In this document: piece after piece, positions 10,025-20,623 of the stretch | Layout of the letters: every line of letters begins with the position of its first letter | Position numbering within the stretch: position 1 is the stretch's first letter | NCBI GenBank assembly: GCA_039815185.1 | Contig: JBCBZT010000003.1 | Location: 160,001-224,000 of the forward strand | Direction of reading: 5' to 3' | Source of the DNA: Cyanobacteria bacterium P01_A01_bin.123 | GTDB lineage: Bacteria > Cyanobacteriota > Cyanobacteriia > Phormidesmidales > Phormidesmidaceae | Length of the DNA stretch: 64,000 nucleotides | Notes under the pieces: model-generated | Told to the model about the DNA's origin: nothing | The model's input: the letters and a program-made list of their open reading frames with translations, nothing else | Databases searched by the model: none | Program-made: the position numbers and the translations under genes

Positions 10025-10066
10025 GTAGCTGGACATACTAAATATCTGGATTGAGAGCCGTAGATT
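10025..10066 (+). promoter_or_regulatory. Canonical NtcA-activated promoter
   Basis: GTA-gctggaca-TAC (10025-10038), a 22-nt spacer, then the -10 element TAGATT (10061-10066), upstream of nrtP. Confidence 0.85.
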
Positions 10067-10401
10067 GGTTGCCAAGTCAGAAAACCCTAGAGAAGTTAAT
10101 TGTTTTCTAGGTCTAGAAAAGAGCATTTCCCAAAAGCAAAATATTCTGTTCTTCAATGCCATTAGTAGAGATTCGGAGCTTTTCTTGGTTCTCTGAATCA
10201 ACAGGATAGTAGTGAGAAAAATACTGAGATCGGGGATCTTCAACGATCAATTCTGATCTGATGAAGTTGAACAGTTTTGTCTGTCAGTGCGAGGGTTGCG
10301 ACTATTGGATTCGTGCGGGCTCAGTCAATACTTGACCGCCTGACAGAATGCTTTATTTGTGGTCACTCACCGAATTATTGCCGTATTTCGAGAGCATGAT
10401 T

Positions 10402-11889
10402 ATGGCTGGAATTTTTTCGTTCAGCGGTCGTTACCGAATTCTACATTTAACCTGGTTAGCATTTTTTCTAACCTTTGTTGTTTGGTTTAACTTTGCCCCC
10501 TTTTCGACGGCGGTAGCCACAGAATTTAGTCTGGAGCCGCCTCAAATTAGAGCGATCGCATTTTGTAACGTCGCCCTCACCGTCCCGGCTCGAATCATTG
10601 TAGGCATGATTCTGGATCGGTTTGGCCCTCGCATTACCTATTCATGCCTGCTGATTTATGCTGCGATACCCTGTTTTGCCTTTGCCCTGGCCCAAAACTT
10701 TGGTCAGCTGGTGGCCAGTCGTCTAGCCCTTAGCATTGTGGGTTGCGGCTTTGTAATCGGCATTCGCATGGTGGCCGAATGGTTTGAGGAAAACGAGATT
10801 GGTCTAGCTGAAGGCGTTTATGGCGGCTGGGGCAACTTTGGTTCTGCTGCTGCTGCCTTTACCCTGCCCACCGTTGCCACGATGCTGGCTGCGAGTCAGG
10901 CCGATGTGATTAACTGGCGACTGGCGATCGCAGGCACTGGCATGATCGCCGCTCTCTATGGCGTCTTTTACTTCTTTAACGTTCAAGATACCCCCCCGGG
11001 CAAAGTCTATCAGCGGCCAGCCAGCTCGCGGGGCATGGAGGTGACCACCCAGCGAGACTTTTGGTTCTTGCTAGTGATGAACATTCCTTTAGTTGGTATT
11101 TTGGGTGTTCTAGCCTGGCGACTATCGGGGGTCGGGTTATATGGCACTCCCACATTGCTAGTGATTTTAGCTTTGCTGGTGGGTCTATACCTGTTCCAGG
11201 CCTCCAATATCTATGCTGCAAACAAGGATCTGATGGCGGGTCGGAAACAGTATCCGGCTAGCGATCGCTATCAATTCTCCCAGGTAGCCCTATTAGAACT
11301 GGCCTATATCGCTAGTTTCGGTTCGGAGTTAGCAGTCGTGTCAATGCTGCCTGCCTTTTTCCAGGGTACGTTTGGCCTAACAGCGGCAGTGGCCGGGATG
11401 GTGGCCGCGACTTATGCCTTTATGAACCTGTTGGCCCGCCCAGGGGGTGGCCTGATGTCCGATAAAATTGGTAGCCGCAAATGGACTCTAGCAGTCACTT
11501 TGGCGGGAACGGGCATCGGTTATCTGGTGTTCAGCACCTTGGGGGCGATCGCCCTACCCTTCGTAGTGATCATGACCATGGTGGCCTCCTTCTTTGTTAT
11601 GGCGACAGAGGGGGCGACCTACGCCATTGTGCCACTGGTGAAACCGCGCATCACCGGACAGGTGGCGGGTAACGTCGGAGCCTACGGCAATGTTGGTGCA
11701 GTGGCTTATCTAACGATTTACAGCTTCTTACCAGAGGGGGGTGCGGGCGATCGCATTTTCTTTCAAATGTTGGGTTTGGTAGCCCTGATTGTGGCTAGCT
11801 TGATTGCCTTCATGCTCAAAGAGCCGAAGGGCGGTCATGGTGTGGTTGAACCGAGTCGCGAGTTGGCTGAAATGGTACATCACCGTTAG
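10402..11889 (+). CDS. nrtP: NarK/NrtP-family MFS nitrate/nitrite transporter
   Basis: ILHLTWLAFFLTFVVWF, GVYGGWGNFG, FGSELAVVSMLP, ARPGGG and GNVGAYGNVG motifs; ~12 TM segments. Start probably 10396 or 10402. Confidence 0.92.
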   Translation: MAGIFSFSGRYRILHLTWLAFFLTFVVWFNFAPFSTAVATEFSLEPPQIRAIAFCNVALTVPARIIVGMILDRFGPRITYSCLLIYAAIPCFAFALAQNFGQLVASRLALSIVGCGFVIGIRMVAEWFEENEIGLAEGVYGGWGNFGSAAAAFTLPTVATMLAASQADVINWRLAIAGTGMIAALYGVFYFFNVQDTPPGKVYQRPASSRGMEVTTQRDFWFLLVMNIPLVGILGVLAWRLSGVGLYGTPTLLVILALLVGLYLFQASNIYAANKDLMAGRKQYPASDRYQFSQVALLELAYIASFGSELAVVSMLPAFFQGTFGLTAAVAGMVAATYAFMNLLARPGGGLMSDKIGSRKWTLAVTLAGTGIGYLVFSTLGAIALPFVVIMTMVASFFVMATEGATYAIVPLVKPRITGQVAGNVGAYGNVGAVAYLTIYSFLPEGGAGDRIFFQMLGLVALIVASLIAFMLKEPKGGHGVVEPSRELAEMVHHR

Positions 11890-12051
11890 CCCTTTAGCAG
11901 CGGAGTCAAGACTTAAATTTCTGCTGCTTAAGTTAAGGCTGATTTTTGTCCAAAAGTCTTGGGTGGCGGAGTCCCGACGGGCATCTATCCACCCATCTGA
12001 CTTTTCAATCCGCTCAGCCCAACGCGTCTATGCAATTGTCGAATTCTGAAT

Positions 12052-13464
12052 GTGCAAAGGATTAACCCGGTGACACTTCAACCTGATTTGGCCCAAGCGG
12101 CAACCCAGACGACGACAACCCCAACCGATGAATCTCCCAATCAACGTCAACTGACCTATCCGCAGCTAGTGCTCTGCTCAGGCGCGATTGGTATCGTCGG
12201 TGGGTTAGTTGCCACGCTGTATTACTTTGTCTTAGAAACGATGATGCATGGGGTCTGGCACACGTTGCCAGAGCGGATTGAACCCTACTTCCCAAGCTGG
12301 TTACCCACCAACAACTATGTCTGGATTGCCACGACCATCGGCGGCTTTGGTGTCGGGCTAGTGCTCTATTTCATGGGTCTCCCTGGTGAAATGGCGCAGG
12401 TGGTAGACAACATTCACCAGCCCGGTCGCATCGATATTCGTAAGACCCCGGCAATGGTGATTGCCTCGCTGGTAGCCATTACATCAGGCGGCAGTGCCGG
12501 GCCAGAGGCTCCCCTCGTCCAGGTGAATGGCAGCTTCGGCAGCTGGTTGGGCGAGATCCTTAAAGTCGATATCACCACGGTTCGGGTGCTCACATTTTGC
12601 GGCATGAGTGCAGCCCTGGGAGCCTTTTTCGGAGCCCCGATTGGCGCAGCCCTGTTTGCCCTGGAGATTCCCCATCGACGTGGGCTGGAATATTACGAGG
12701 CAGTTGCCCCAGCGGTAATCTCCGCCATTCTTTCTTTCGCCGTCTTTCGAATCAGTACTGGCATGACCATTGGTGGCTTCTACCACTTCGAATCAGTGCC
12801 GCCGCTAACGCCCATGAACTTATTCGAAGGACTGGTTCTGGGGGGGATTGGGGCGGGGATCGCGGTGATATTTATCTACATTTTTCGGGCCATTGGCCGC
12901 TTGCTAGCGCCACTGGAGCACTATCGTATTATCCTAGCGACCCTAGGGGGGCTATCTATCGGCCTGATCGCCTTCTTCTTTCCGCAAACGCTGTTTTTTA
13001 GTGAGCAGCAAATCCACACCGTGATTGAAACCGGGATGACGCTGGGGGTCACCATGCTGTTGCTGATCGCGGTCGCGAAGATGTTTGCCATCAGCTTTAC
13101 GTTGCACTCAGGATTTCTGGGGGGATTCATCTTCCCGTTATTTTTTATTGGTGCGAATGTCGGCTTGGCAATTGCCCTGGCAGTTCCTCAGATCCATCCC
13201 ACTGTTGGCATGGTGTGTCTGATGGCAGCGATCAATGTAGCGGTGACTAAAACCCCTATCAGCACCAGTATCATTCTCAGCGTCCTGTCGGGGACTGCCA
13301 TGCTGCCCGTGATTGTGATTGCTAGCTTCACCAGTTTTCTATTGACCAGCCAGATTGCCATGATTAGAACCCAGCGATCGCGCTGTGCCGATGAGGAGAG
13401 TATCCCGGCCTGGTCACAAAATGGGGTTATCCTGGGCAAACCGATGACCAATTTTCAAGGTTGA
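12052..13464 (+). CDS. CLC-family chloride/anion channel or transporter, atypical motifs
   Basis: GGSAGPEAP, AFFGAPIGAALFALE and GFLGGFIFP motifs; multi-TM. Confidence 0.88.
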   Translation: MQRINPVTLQPDLAQAATQTTTTPTDESPNQRQLTYPQLVLCSGAIGIVGGLVATLYYFVLETMMHGVWHTLPERIEPYFPSWLPTNNYVWIATTIGGFGVGLVLYFMGLPGEMAQVVDNIHQPGRIDIRKTPAMVIASLVAITSGGSAGPEAPLVQVNGSFGSWLGEILKVDITTVRVLTFCGMSAALGAFFGAPIGAALFALEIPHRRGLEYYEAVAPAVISAILSFAVFRISTGMTIGGFYHFESVPPLTPMNLFEGLVLGGIGAGIAVIFIYIFRAIGRLLAPLEHYRIILATLGGLSIGLIAFFFPQTLFFSEQQIHTVIETGMTLGVTMLLLIAVAKMFAISFTLHSGFLGGFIFPLFFIGANVGLAIALAVPQIHPTVGMVCLMAAINVAVTKTPISTSIILSVLSGTAMLPVIVIASFTSFLLTSQIAMIRTQRSRCADEESIPAWSQNGVILGKPMTNFQG

Positions 13465-14101
13465 CTTGATTTTCAATCAGTCGAGTCAATTCCCCGCGAT
13501 AACTCACCAACCGCGATCGCTCTAGGGAATTTGTTGGGACTTGGGTGATCAGCAAGTCCACCGTCTGGGCCGCACAAATCCAATCCTTTTGAGCTACGGA
13601 TTGGTTGAGCTGCGCTTCCAAAATGTAGCGTTCAACATTTCGAATGGCTGTGGTGGCATAGATATCCCCAGGGCGGTTAGCCAAGGCACGGCGAAAATTA
13701 ATCAGTGCAGTTTGGTAGTCCCGTGCTTCGGTGGCACCATAGCCAATGGCCATGGCTTGCTCATAGATATAGCGTTCGACATTTTGAATGGCTGTGGTAG
13801 CCCGGGTATCCCCAGGGCGGCTAGCCAGGGCACGGCGGAAATTAATCAGTGCGGTTTGGTAGTCCCGCGCTTCGGTGGCAGCGTAGCCATTGGTCATGGC
13901 TTGCTCGTAGGTGTAAGCCGACGTTGCGGGTTGTGATGCTTGGGCTAACACCCTTGGTGCCGTAGTTGCTGTCTCGATCACAGTGTGTGGCATCTGAGGA
14001 TTATGGGCTAATCCATGAGCCCCGAGCCCAACGCTTAACCCAAACACAGAGAGTCCAACCCAAGCAAACTTGTTCAAAGTCCCAGTCATCATCTTCATCA
14101 A
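13427..14101 (-). CDS. Secreted TPR-like protein with a 48-aa internal duplication
   Basis: Signal peptide; two units of YEQAM..GY.ATEARDYQTALINFRRALA.RPGD..ATTAI.NVERYI. 3' end overlaps the CLC gene by 38 nt. Confidence 0.8.
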   Translation of the reverse strand: MMKMMTGTLNKFAWVGLSVFGLSVGLGAHGLAHNPQMPHTVIETATTAPRVLAQASQPATSAYTYEQAMTNGYAATEARDYQTALINFRRALASRPGDTRATTAIQNVERYIYEQAMAIGYGATEARDYQTALINFRRALANRPGDIYATTAIRNVERYILEAQLNQSVAQKDWICAAQTVDLLITQVPTNSLERSRLVSYRGELTRLIENQVNLENWSSVCPG

Positions 14102-14131
14102 TCACTGCGGTTTTAAGGATACAAAGCGGTT

Positions 14132-15229
14132 TTAAGGATACAAACTGAGGTGAGGCAGCCCCAAGGTCTCGTCAAACCCCCACATCAGGTTAAAGCACTG
14201 GATGGCTTGCCCAGCCTGACCTTTAATCAGATTGTCAATGGCGGCCATCACAATTACCCTGCCGGTACGGGGATCAACCTCAACCCCCAGATAACAAAAG
14301 TTGGTTCCCGCCGCCCATTTGGTTTGGGGATATAACCCATTGGAGAGTACTCGGACCCAGGGCGCATTGCGATAAAAGGCTGAGTAAATCGTCAGCAGAT
14401 CGTCGCGCACTAAGCCCGGATCGCGCATGTTGGCATACACGGTGCTCAGCAGTCCCCGCACCATGGGGACCTGATGGGGGGTAAATTGCACAATCACTTC
14501 ATGGCCGGTGAGATCGCTGCAAATTTGTTCGATTTCAGGGGTGTGGCGGTGGCGAGCCACACTGTAGGGGGCCAGAGAACCGTCGGCTTCTGACAAGAGT
14601 AGATGGGATCTGGCCTGTCGTCCGGCGATGGAGGTGCCGCATTTGGCATCGATGATTAGGCTTTCGGGTTGGGCCAGCCCTTGTTTGAGTAAGGGGGCAA
14701 TCGCTAACAGACTAGCTGTCGGATAACTCCCAGGACACCCCACCAACTGGGCTGCTCGAATCTGGTCTCGGTAGAGTTCTGGCAGACCATAAACAGTTTG
14801 CTCAAGCAGGGCTTGATCTTGGCGATCGCCCCCGTAGTAGTTTTGATAAGGCTCAAGCCGATAGAACCGATAGTCGGCAGAGAGATCAATTACCTGACAT
14901 GACCGCGCCCGTAGACCAGGCACGAATTGGCAGGCCAACCCATCTGGCAATGCCAGGAATACCAGCTGACAACGACTGGCGATCGCGTCTAGATCAACCG
15001 CTTCAATTTCCAGTTTGGGGTCAATGCTGAGTTGAGGATAAAGATCGCCCAGGCGCTTGCCGACGGTTGTCAGCCCCCCGAGATAGGCGATGTGTACATG
15101 AGGATGCCCCATGAGCAGGCGAACCAGCTGTATTCCTCTGTATCCAGAGGCGCCTAGAATGCCGACTGATACAGGATCAACCGCTATGGGGTCAATAGGG
15201 GCCGGTTCAGATTCTCCCATCGCGATCAT
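14132..15229 (-). CDS. argC: N-acetyl-gamma-glutamyl-phosphate reductase homologue with a divergent active site
   Basis: [30 protein letters not shown] and [12 protein letters not shown] motifs. The catalytic motif reads CPGSYPT rather than PGCYPT. Confidence 0.85.
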   Translation of the reverse strand: MIAMGESEPAPIDPIAVDPVSVGILGASGYRGIQLVRLLMGHPHVHIAYLGGLTTVGKRLGDLYPQLSIDPKLEIEAVDLDAIASRCQLVFLALPDGLACQFVPGLRARSCQVIDLSADYRFYRLEPYQNYYGGDRQDQALLEQTVYGLPELYRDQIRAAQLVGCPGSYPTASLLAIAPLLKQGLAQPESLIIDAKCGTSIAGRQARSHLLLSEADGSLAPYSVARHRHTPEIEQICSDLTGHEVIVQFTPHQVPMVRGLLSTVYANMRDPGLVRDDLLTIYSAFYRNAPWVRVLSNGLYPQTKWAAGTNFCYLGVEVDPRTGRVIVMAAIDNLIKGQAGQAIQCFNLMWGFDETLGLPHLSLYP

Positions 15230-15375
15230 GGTTCTTCGGGCAAATAAGGGTGACGACTATCAGTTGGGGATGCACCCTTAACAACTGAGTCCGATGCTGA
15301 ATTGTAATATCAATCTGGCGGGTTGACGTGTCTTTGCTGCGTTAAGTTATTTCCATAACCGAACAAGTATTTCCC

Positions 15376-17142
15376 GTGTCGAATTTACCTAACCCCAACC
15401 CCAGCCTAAACGATACTGAAATCGAGACATCGTCTGCTGGTTTTAAGTTTGATGCCATTGAAGCAGCGATCGCAGATTTAGCCGCGGGCCGCTCGATCGT
15501 TGTGGTCGATGACGAAAATCGCGAGAACGAAGGCGATGTCATTTGTGCTGCCCAGTTTGCCACCCCCGACATGATCAACTTTATGGCGGTGGAAGCGCGG
15601 GGGTTGATTTGCTTGGCCATGACTGGCGATCGCCTTGACGAACTGGAACTGCCACTCATGGTCAGTAACAGTGCCTTTGAAGATGAAAACGAACAAACCG
15701 CGTTTACCGTCAGCATCGATGCGGCCTATCATCTGGGCGGCACCACCGGTATTTCTGCCGACGATCGGGCTCGCACCATCCAAATCACGCTCAACCCCAA
15801 CACGCGCCCCACAGATTTACGCCGTCCCGGCCATATTTTTCCGTTGCGGGCCAAGGCGGGTGGTGTACTGAAGCGCGCTGGCCATACCGAAGCGGCCGTT
15901 GATTTAGCCCGCTTAGCGGGGCTTTATCCGGCTGGGGTAATTTGTGAGATTCAAAACCCCGATGGATCTATGGCTCGGCTGCCCCAACTGATTGACTACG
16001 CTAAAACCCATGACCTAAGGCTGATCAGCATTGCAGATTTAATTAGCTACCGGCTGCAACACGAACGATTTGTCCATCGGGAAGCGATCGCCAATTTGCC
16101 CAGTCAGTTCGGCCAGTTCAAAATCTACGCCTACCGTAACTTGCTCGACGACGCTGAGCACGTTGCCCTGGTCAAAGGCGATGTAGACAGCTTCAAAGAC
16201 GACGCGGTCATGGTTCGGGTTCACTCCGAATGCCTCACCGGAGATGCCTTTGGCTCCCTACGCTGTGACTGTCGGATGCAGCTGCAAGCCGCCATGAAAA
16301 TGATTGAAAATGCGGGCAAAGGTGTAATTGTTTATTTGCGCCAAGAAGGGCGCGGCATTGGCTTGATCAACAAACTCAAAGCCTATTCGCTGCAAGATAT
16401 GGGCCTGGATACCGTAGAAGCCAACGAAAAATTGGGCCTACCCGTGGATCAGCGCAACTACGGCATCGGCGCTCAAATCCTGAATGATATCGGTGTCCAA
16501 AAAATTTGCTTAATTACCAATAATCCCCGCAAAATTGCAGGTTTGAAAGGGTACGGTCTCGAAATGGTAGACCGGGTGCCCCTGTTGATTGAAGCCACGG
16601 CTTACAACTCAAACTACTTGGCCACTAAAGCGAAAAAGCTGGGCCACCTGCTGCTGCAAACCTATTTGATTACGGTCGCCATCCATTGGGAGGGAGAACC
16701 CTTACCCGTTAAATTGCGCTATGAACGGTTAGAGAAGCTGCGGCACGTGGTCAAACAGCACAACCTACTGCTGCAAGAAGAAGCTCGTTCAGTGGCGGTG
16801 GCGTTGTTTGGCAAGGCGTCTTTAATCGCCCATATTGGCCTCGATCAACCCAACTTGGCCACCCCCGATTGGTATCAACAAGCTGAGCATCCTTGCCGAA
16901 ACGCGATCGCCCGTATTTTAGACACCCTGGCGAGCTGGTCTGACATTAGCCAACTGGAGTTTATCGTTTCCCCCGGTAGCGATCCATTCACCACCCTACA
17001 GGTCAAACTCGATCGCCAAATTTTTCGCCTAGCCAGCAGCGACTCAGACTCGATGCCACCCTCTGAGCTTTTCGGTCGCCTGCAAACTCAGCGGATTTAC
17101 GTCTTTTCTCGCCATGCCCTGCCCGAGGCCCCTTTGACCTAA
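15376..17142 (+). CDS. ribBA: Bifunctional DHBP synthase / GTP cyclohydrolase II
   Basis: [34 protein letters not shown] and RQEGRGIGL motifs. Confidence 0.96.
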   Translation: MSNLPNPNPSLNDTEIETSSAGFKFDAIEAAIADLAAGRSIVVVDDENRENEGDVICAAQFATPDMINFMAVEARGLICLAMTGDRLDELELPLMVSNSAFEDENEQTAFTVSIDAAYHLGGTTGISADDRARTIQITLNPNTRPTDLRRPGHIFPLRAKAGGVLKRAGHTEAAVDLARLAGLYPAGVICEIQNPDGSMARLPQLIDYAKTHDLRLISIADLISYRLQHERFVHREAIANLPSQFGQFKIYAYRNLLDDAEHVALVKGDVDSFKDDAVMVRVHSECLTGDAFGSLRCDCRMQLQAAMKMIENAGKGVIVYLRQEGRGIGLINKLKAYSLQDMGLDTVEANEKLGLPVDQRNYGIGAQILNDIGVQKICLITNNPRKIAGLKGYGLEMVDRVPLLIEATAYNSNYLATKAKKLGHLLLQTYLITVAIHWEGEPLPVKLRYERLEKLRHVVKQHNLLLQEEARSVAVALFGKASLIAHIGLDQPNLATPDWYQQAEHPCRNAIARILDTLASWSDISQLEFIVSPGSDPFTTLQVKLDRQIFRLASSDSDSMPPSELFGRLQTQRIYVFSRHALPEAPLT

Positions 17143-18488
17143 AGGTCAATCCCTTGGCCCACTTGAGGAACCTCTGTGCTGGTGGGGATCGCCACATTAG
17201 AGTCTTCTCGCTGGGCTAGAACCGTTTCTTCCAACAAGGCAGCGGCCCGAGCATATTGGGGATCAGCCTCGGTCGCAATCAGTTGGGGATTTCCCAACAA
17301 CTGTCGTCGTTCCCCAGCGGTCAGATTAATCTGAATGTCTGGGGTAATGCCTTTACTGCTGATATCGGTACCGTTGGGCGTGTAATAGTGGGCAATGGTC
17401 ACCGCTAATCCAGACCCATCAGACAAGTTGTGGAGAGCTTGCACCAAGGCTTTCCCATAGGTTGTGCTGCCCACAACGGTCGCCCGGCCATTGTCGCGCA
17501 GGGCTCCAGTCAAAATCTCGCTAGAGCTGGCAGACCGATTATCTACCAAGACCGCTAGGGGCAACTGGGTCAGCGCTGTGCGATTCGCAGAAATTTCTTC
17601 ACTGTCACCAGAGCGATCAACGGTGCGTACAATCGGGCCCCGCTGTAGCCACATGCGGCTAATTTCAATACTGGCCTGGAGCAGGCCCCCAGGATTGCCC
17701 CGCAGATCGAGTACAAAGGCTTCAACCTCAGCTTTAGTCAATTCTTCAATGGCTTTCTCCATTTGCTCTGCAGCGTGGGCGCTAAATTCGCTGAGCCGGA
17801 TATAGCCCAGGGTCGTGCCATTTTGCTCTTTAATGTCGTAACTGACCGTGGCCAATTCAATCAGGCCACGGGTGACAATGACCGTACGCCGTTGCCCGTC
17901 ATCTGAGTTGCCAATGGTCAACGTGACTTGGCTCCCTTCAGTGCCGCGAATCAGCTGGGAAATCGCTTCGATGGTTAAGAGATCTGTGGACTGACCGTCT
18001 ACCATCAACAGGCGATCGCCGGCTTGAATCCCAGCTTCAGCAGCCGGCGAATCTTCAAATGTCTCAACAATCACCACCATCCGAGAATTTGAATCACGCT
18101 GGAGCCGGATCCCTACCCCGGATACTTCCCCAGCGGTTTGGTCGGTTAAGGCCGCATATTGCTGGGGATCTAAAAACCGAGTGTAAGGGTCATCCAAACG
18201 CCGAAGAGCTTGCCGCAATGCCCCATAGGCTGCCTCCCGTGAGGTATAGTCTCGCGATAGCAGACTTTGCCGCATCGCCTGCCAGTCTACGTGGTTAAAC
18301 TCCGAGTCGACATAATCGCGGTTAACAATCTGCCAAGCTTCATCTAGTACAGCTTTGGGACTGTCTTCCCAAGCGGCTGCCACGGGCTCGCTGAAAGTAA
18401 GGGATAGGGGGGTCAGCAGGGTAGTCGCGATCGCGCCCCCAACAAAGCAAAGTTTAGACAGATTCAGGAAGCTCAGGGCTTGGTTCAT
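17139..18488 (-). CDS. ctpB: Carboxyl-terminal processing protease (S41, PDZ)
   Basis: [39 protein letters not shown] and GKALVQ (Ser/Lys dyad). Paralogue assignment is tentative. Confidence 0.85.
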   Translation of the reverse strand: MNQALSFLNLSKLCFVGGAIATTLLTPLSLTFSEPVAAAWEDSPKAVLDEAWQIVNRDYVDSEFNHVDWQAMRQSLLSRDYTSREAAYGALRQALRRLDDPYTRFLDPQQYAALTDQTAGEVSGVGIRLQRDSNSRMVVIVETFEDSPAAEAGIQAGDRLLMVDGQSTDLLTIEAISQLIRGTEGSQVTLTIGNSDDGQRRTVIVTRGLIELATVSYDIKEQNGTTLGYIRLSEFSAHAAEQMEKAIEELTKAEVEAFVLDLRGNPGGLLQASIEISRMWLQRGPIVRTVDRSGDSEEISANRTALTQLPLAVLVDNRSASSSEILTGALRDNGRATVVGSTTYGKALVQALHNLSDGSGLAVTIAHYYTPNGTDISSKGITPDIQINLTAGERRQLLGNPQLIATEADPQYARAAALLEETVLAQREDSNVAIPTSTEVPQVGQGIDL

Positions 18489-19074
18489 TAGCAACCTCGG
18501 CGGCAGGTGGGCAAAGCGGTAGTGAGGCTACGAGAGCGTTCGATTCAACGTTGGATGAACGGCCTCGACAATTATTGCAAACAGGAGATGTCATCAGGCA
18601 CTAGACTGTGACGGTCATTCTTAAGGGCAGCCACTTATCAACGAGTTGCCTTTAAGTGGGACACTTGCTTGTCAGCTAGAACGTCTATCAAATCAAGGTT
18701 TTGGTATCGGGCATGGGCATGGCTTGGAAGCGCGAAGCAAGGAAAAAAGACCTGCTTTCAGTGAACTGTCACTGTTAACGCTGAGCCACCAACAGTGACT
18801 AGACATGCTTAACGCTCAGTCGCCTAATACGCTTCCTAGAGGATAATGCTAGATGGCAGACCCTGATGGGGGTGACCCTACGGTTAGGTTTGGAGACTGA
18901 TGCTTGAGTTGCTTGACACGTTGATCTCTTCTTAATCTAGCCGAGGAGCTTGCAGGCGTGGGGATTACACCACATAAATTTTAGTTAATTTGCGAAACTC
19001 ATGCAGGGGCATTTTATTGAGCTGGTTTAGTTTAAGGCAATTGTGTTGCACTATCACCATCAGGATTGTGTCTG

Positions 19075-19752
19075 ATGTCTAGTCATCACTCACCCAAGCA
19101 TCGATGGTTTCGCCGCTGGCGAGCATTGTTCTTGCTAGGAGGGCTTGGCGGTTTCGCAGTATGGGTGATCGCGATTTGCATCAGCCTCTATATTGCGGCT
19201 CGATCCCCAGTGGATGGCTTTCTAGTTTTGGGCGGCAGTATTCGTCGTGAAATCTATGTGGCTGAACAGGTGGCCCAATTTCCCGGTGCCAAAGTGTTGA
19301 TCTCGACTGGGTCGGCAGCGCCCTGCATTCGCATTTTATTTGAGCAGGCAACTGCCCCATTAGATCAAGCCTGGTTAGAAAACTGTGCTGACTCCACCTT
19401 TGGTAACTTTTACTATGGTCTTCCCCTGCTGAAGCGATGGGGTGTAAAAAAGGTGCGCCTAGTGACCTCTCCTACCCATTTACCGCGGGCTCAGTGGATG
19501 GCCCAAATCATTTTAGGTGCCCACGGCATTTGGGTTGAACCTGATATCGTTGAGGAAATTGGCATTCCTGGCAACCAAGAAAGCCGATTCAAGACGGCAT
19601 TAGATGTCACTCGGGCCTTGGTTTGGGCTGTGATGAGTCAAGGCTATCGACCCAACTGCGATCGCGTCACGCGTCTGTCCTCTGTTGACCTAGAGGCTTG
19701 GCGTCGCCGAGGCTTTCAATGCGAACACCAGGCGGGCATCGAAGAAGATTGA
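19075..19752 (+). CDS. YdcF/DUF218 family protein
   Basis: N-terminal TM; VLGG, ADSTFGN and LVTSPTHLPRA motifs. Confidence 0.85.
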   Translation: MSSHHSPKHRWFRRWRALFLLGGLGGFAVWVIAICISLYIAARSPVDGFLVLGGSIRREIYVAEQVAQFPGAKVLISTGSAAPCIRILFEQATAPLDQAWLENCADSTFGNFYYGLPLLKRWGVKKVRLVTSPTHLPRAQWMAQIILGAHGIWVEPDIVEEIGIPGNQESRFKTALDVTRALVWAVMSQGYRPNCDRVTRLSSVDLEAWRRRGFQCEHQAGIEED

Positions 19753-19967
19753 GTCTATCCCAGTAAGACTCGGTTGTAAATTATCAGAGCTAAGCTAACG
19801 GTAGTCATCACAGAAACAGCAATCACTATATTTTCCATGGTCAACACCGGGTATGACGTCAACGTTGACCATTGTCGTGATTCTCTATGGGGTCCATCAG
19901 AGCAAGATTACGCAATTCTACAGTTGTAATATTCCGTAATCAGTAGTTATACGTATTAGCGGCGTGT

Positions 19968-20618
19968 TCAGCTAGGTTTGCGTTTGATCCAAATGCCATG
20001 GAGTCCTGCCGCTTTTGCCCCCTGATAATCTTGCTCACGACTGTCGCCAATGTGCCAAGCTTCGGCTGGGCGACAGTTGTGTTTTGCTAAGGCCGCGTTA
20101 AAGATGCGGCTATCGGGTTTTGCGGCTCCGACTTCGGTAGAGAAGGTCACTGAGCTAAAAAAACGCTTCAAATCCAGGGCATCAAGCACAGCATTAAGTC
20201 GCGAGTCAAAGTTCGACACCACGCCCAGGGGAGTGCCTTGGTGATGCCAATGCTCCAAAATTTTTAAGGTGTCGGGATACACTTGCCAGGGATCAGCTTT
20301 AGCAAAATAGGCGTAAACATCGGCAAAGAAGCGATCAAAGTCCGCAAATTGGGGCAACACCCCAGCGGCATCAAAGGTTTGCCGTGCGATGGTATGCCAC
20401 CAACGGTATTCATGGGCTGGAACCTGGGTTCGCTCAACCTTAGGAAAGGCCATGGGGGGAGCAGCCCTGAAGTGCTTGAGAAAGGCTTTGTCGAGGATCC
20501 CTGCATTCACATCGACGTTAGCAGTTTGGGCTAAATCACGATAAATTTGGCCAACACTGCTGCGTACCCCAAACACCGTACCAACGGCATCGAGAAAGAT
20601 GACTTTGGGATAATCCAT
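19968..20618 (-). CDS. HAD-IA hydrolase (REG-2-like)
   Basis: FLDAVGT, VSNFD, KPDSRIF and HIGDS..DY.GA motifs. Confidence 0.88.
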   Translation of the reverse strand: MDYPKVIFLDAVGTVFGVRSSVGQIYRDLAQTANVDVNAGILDKAFLKHFRAAPPMAFPKVERTQVPAHEYRWWHTIARQTFDAAGVLPQFADFDRFFADVYAYFAKADPWQVYPDTLKILEHWHHQGTPLGVVSNFDSRLNAVLDALDLKRFFSSVTFSTEVGAAKPDSRIFNAALAKHNCRPAEAWHIGDSREQDYQGAKAAGLHGIWIKRKPS

Positions 20619-20623
20619 AGGGG

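Noticed and set aside
9911..10243. 110-aa minus-strand ORF
   Set aside because: TTG start, no recognisable features, and it lies antisense across the NtcA promoter and nrtP leader.
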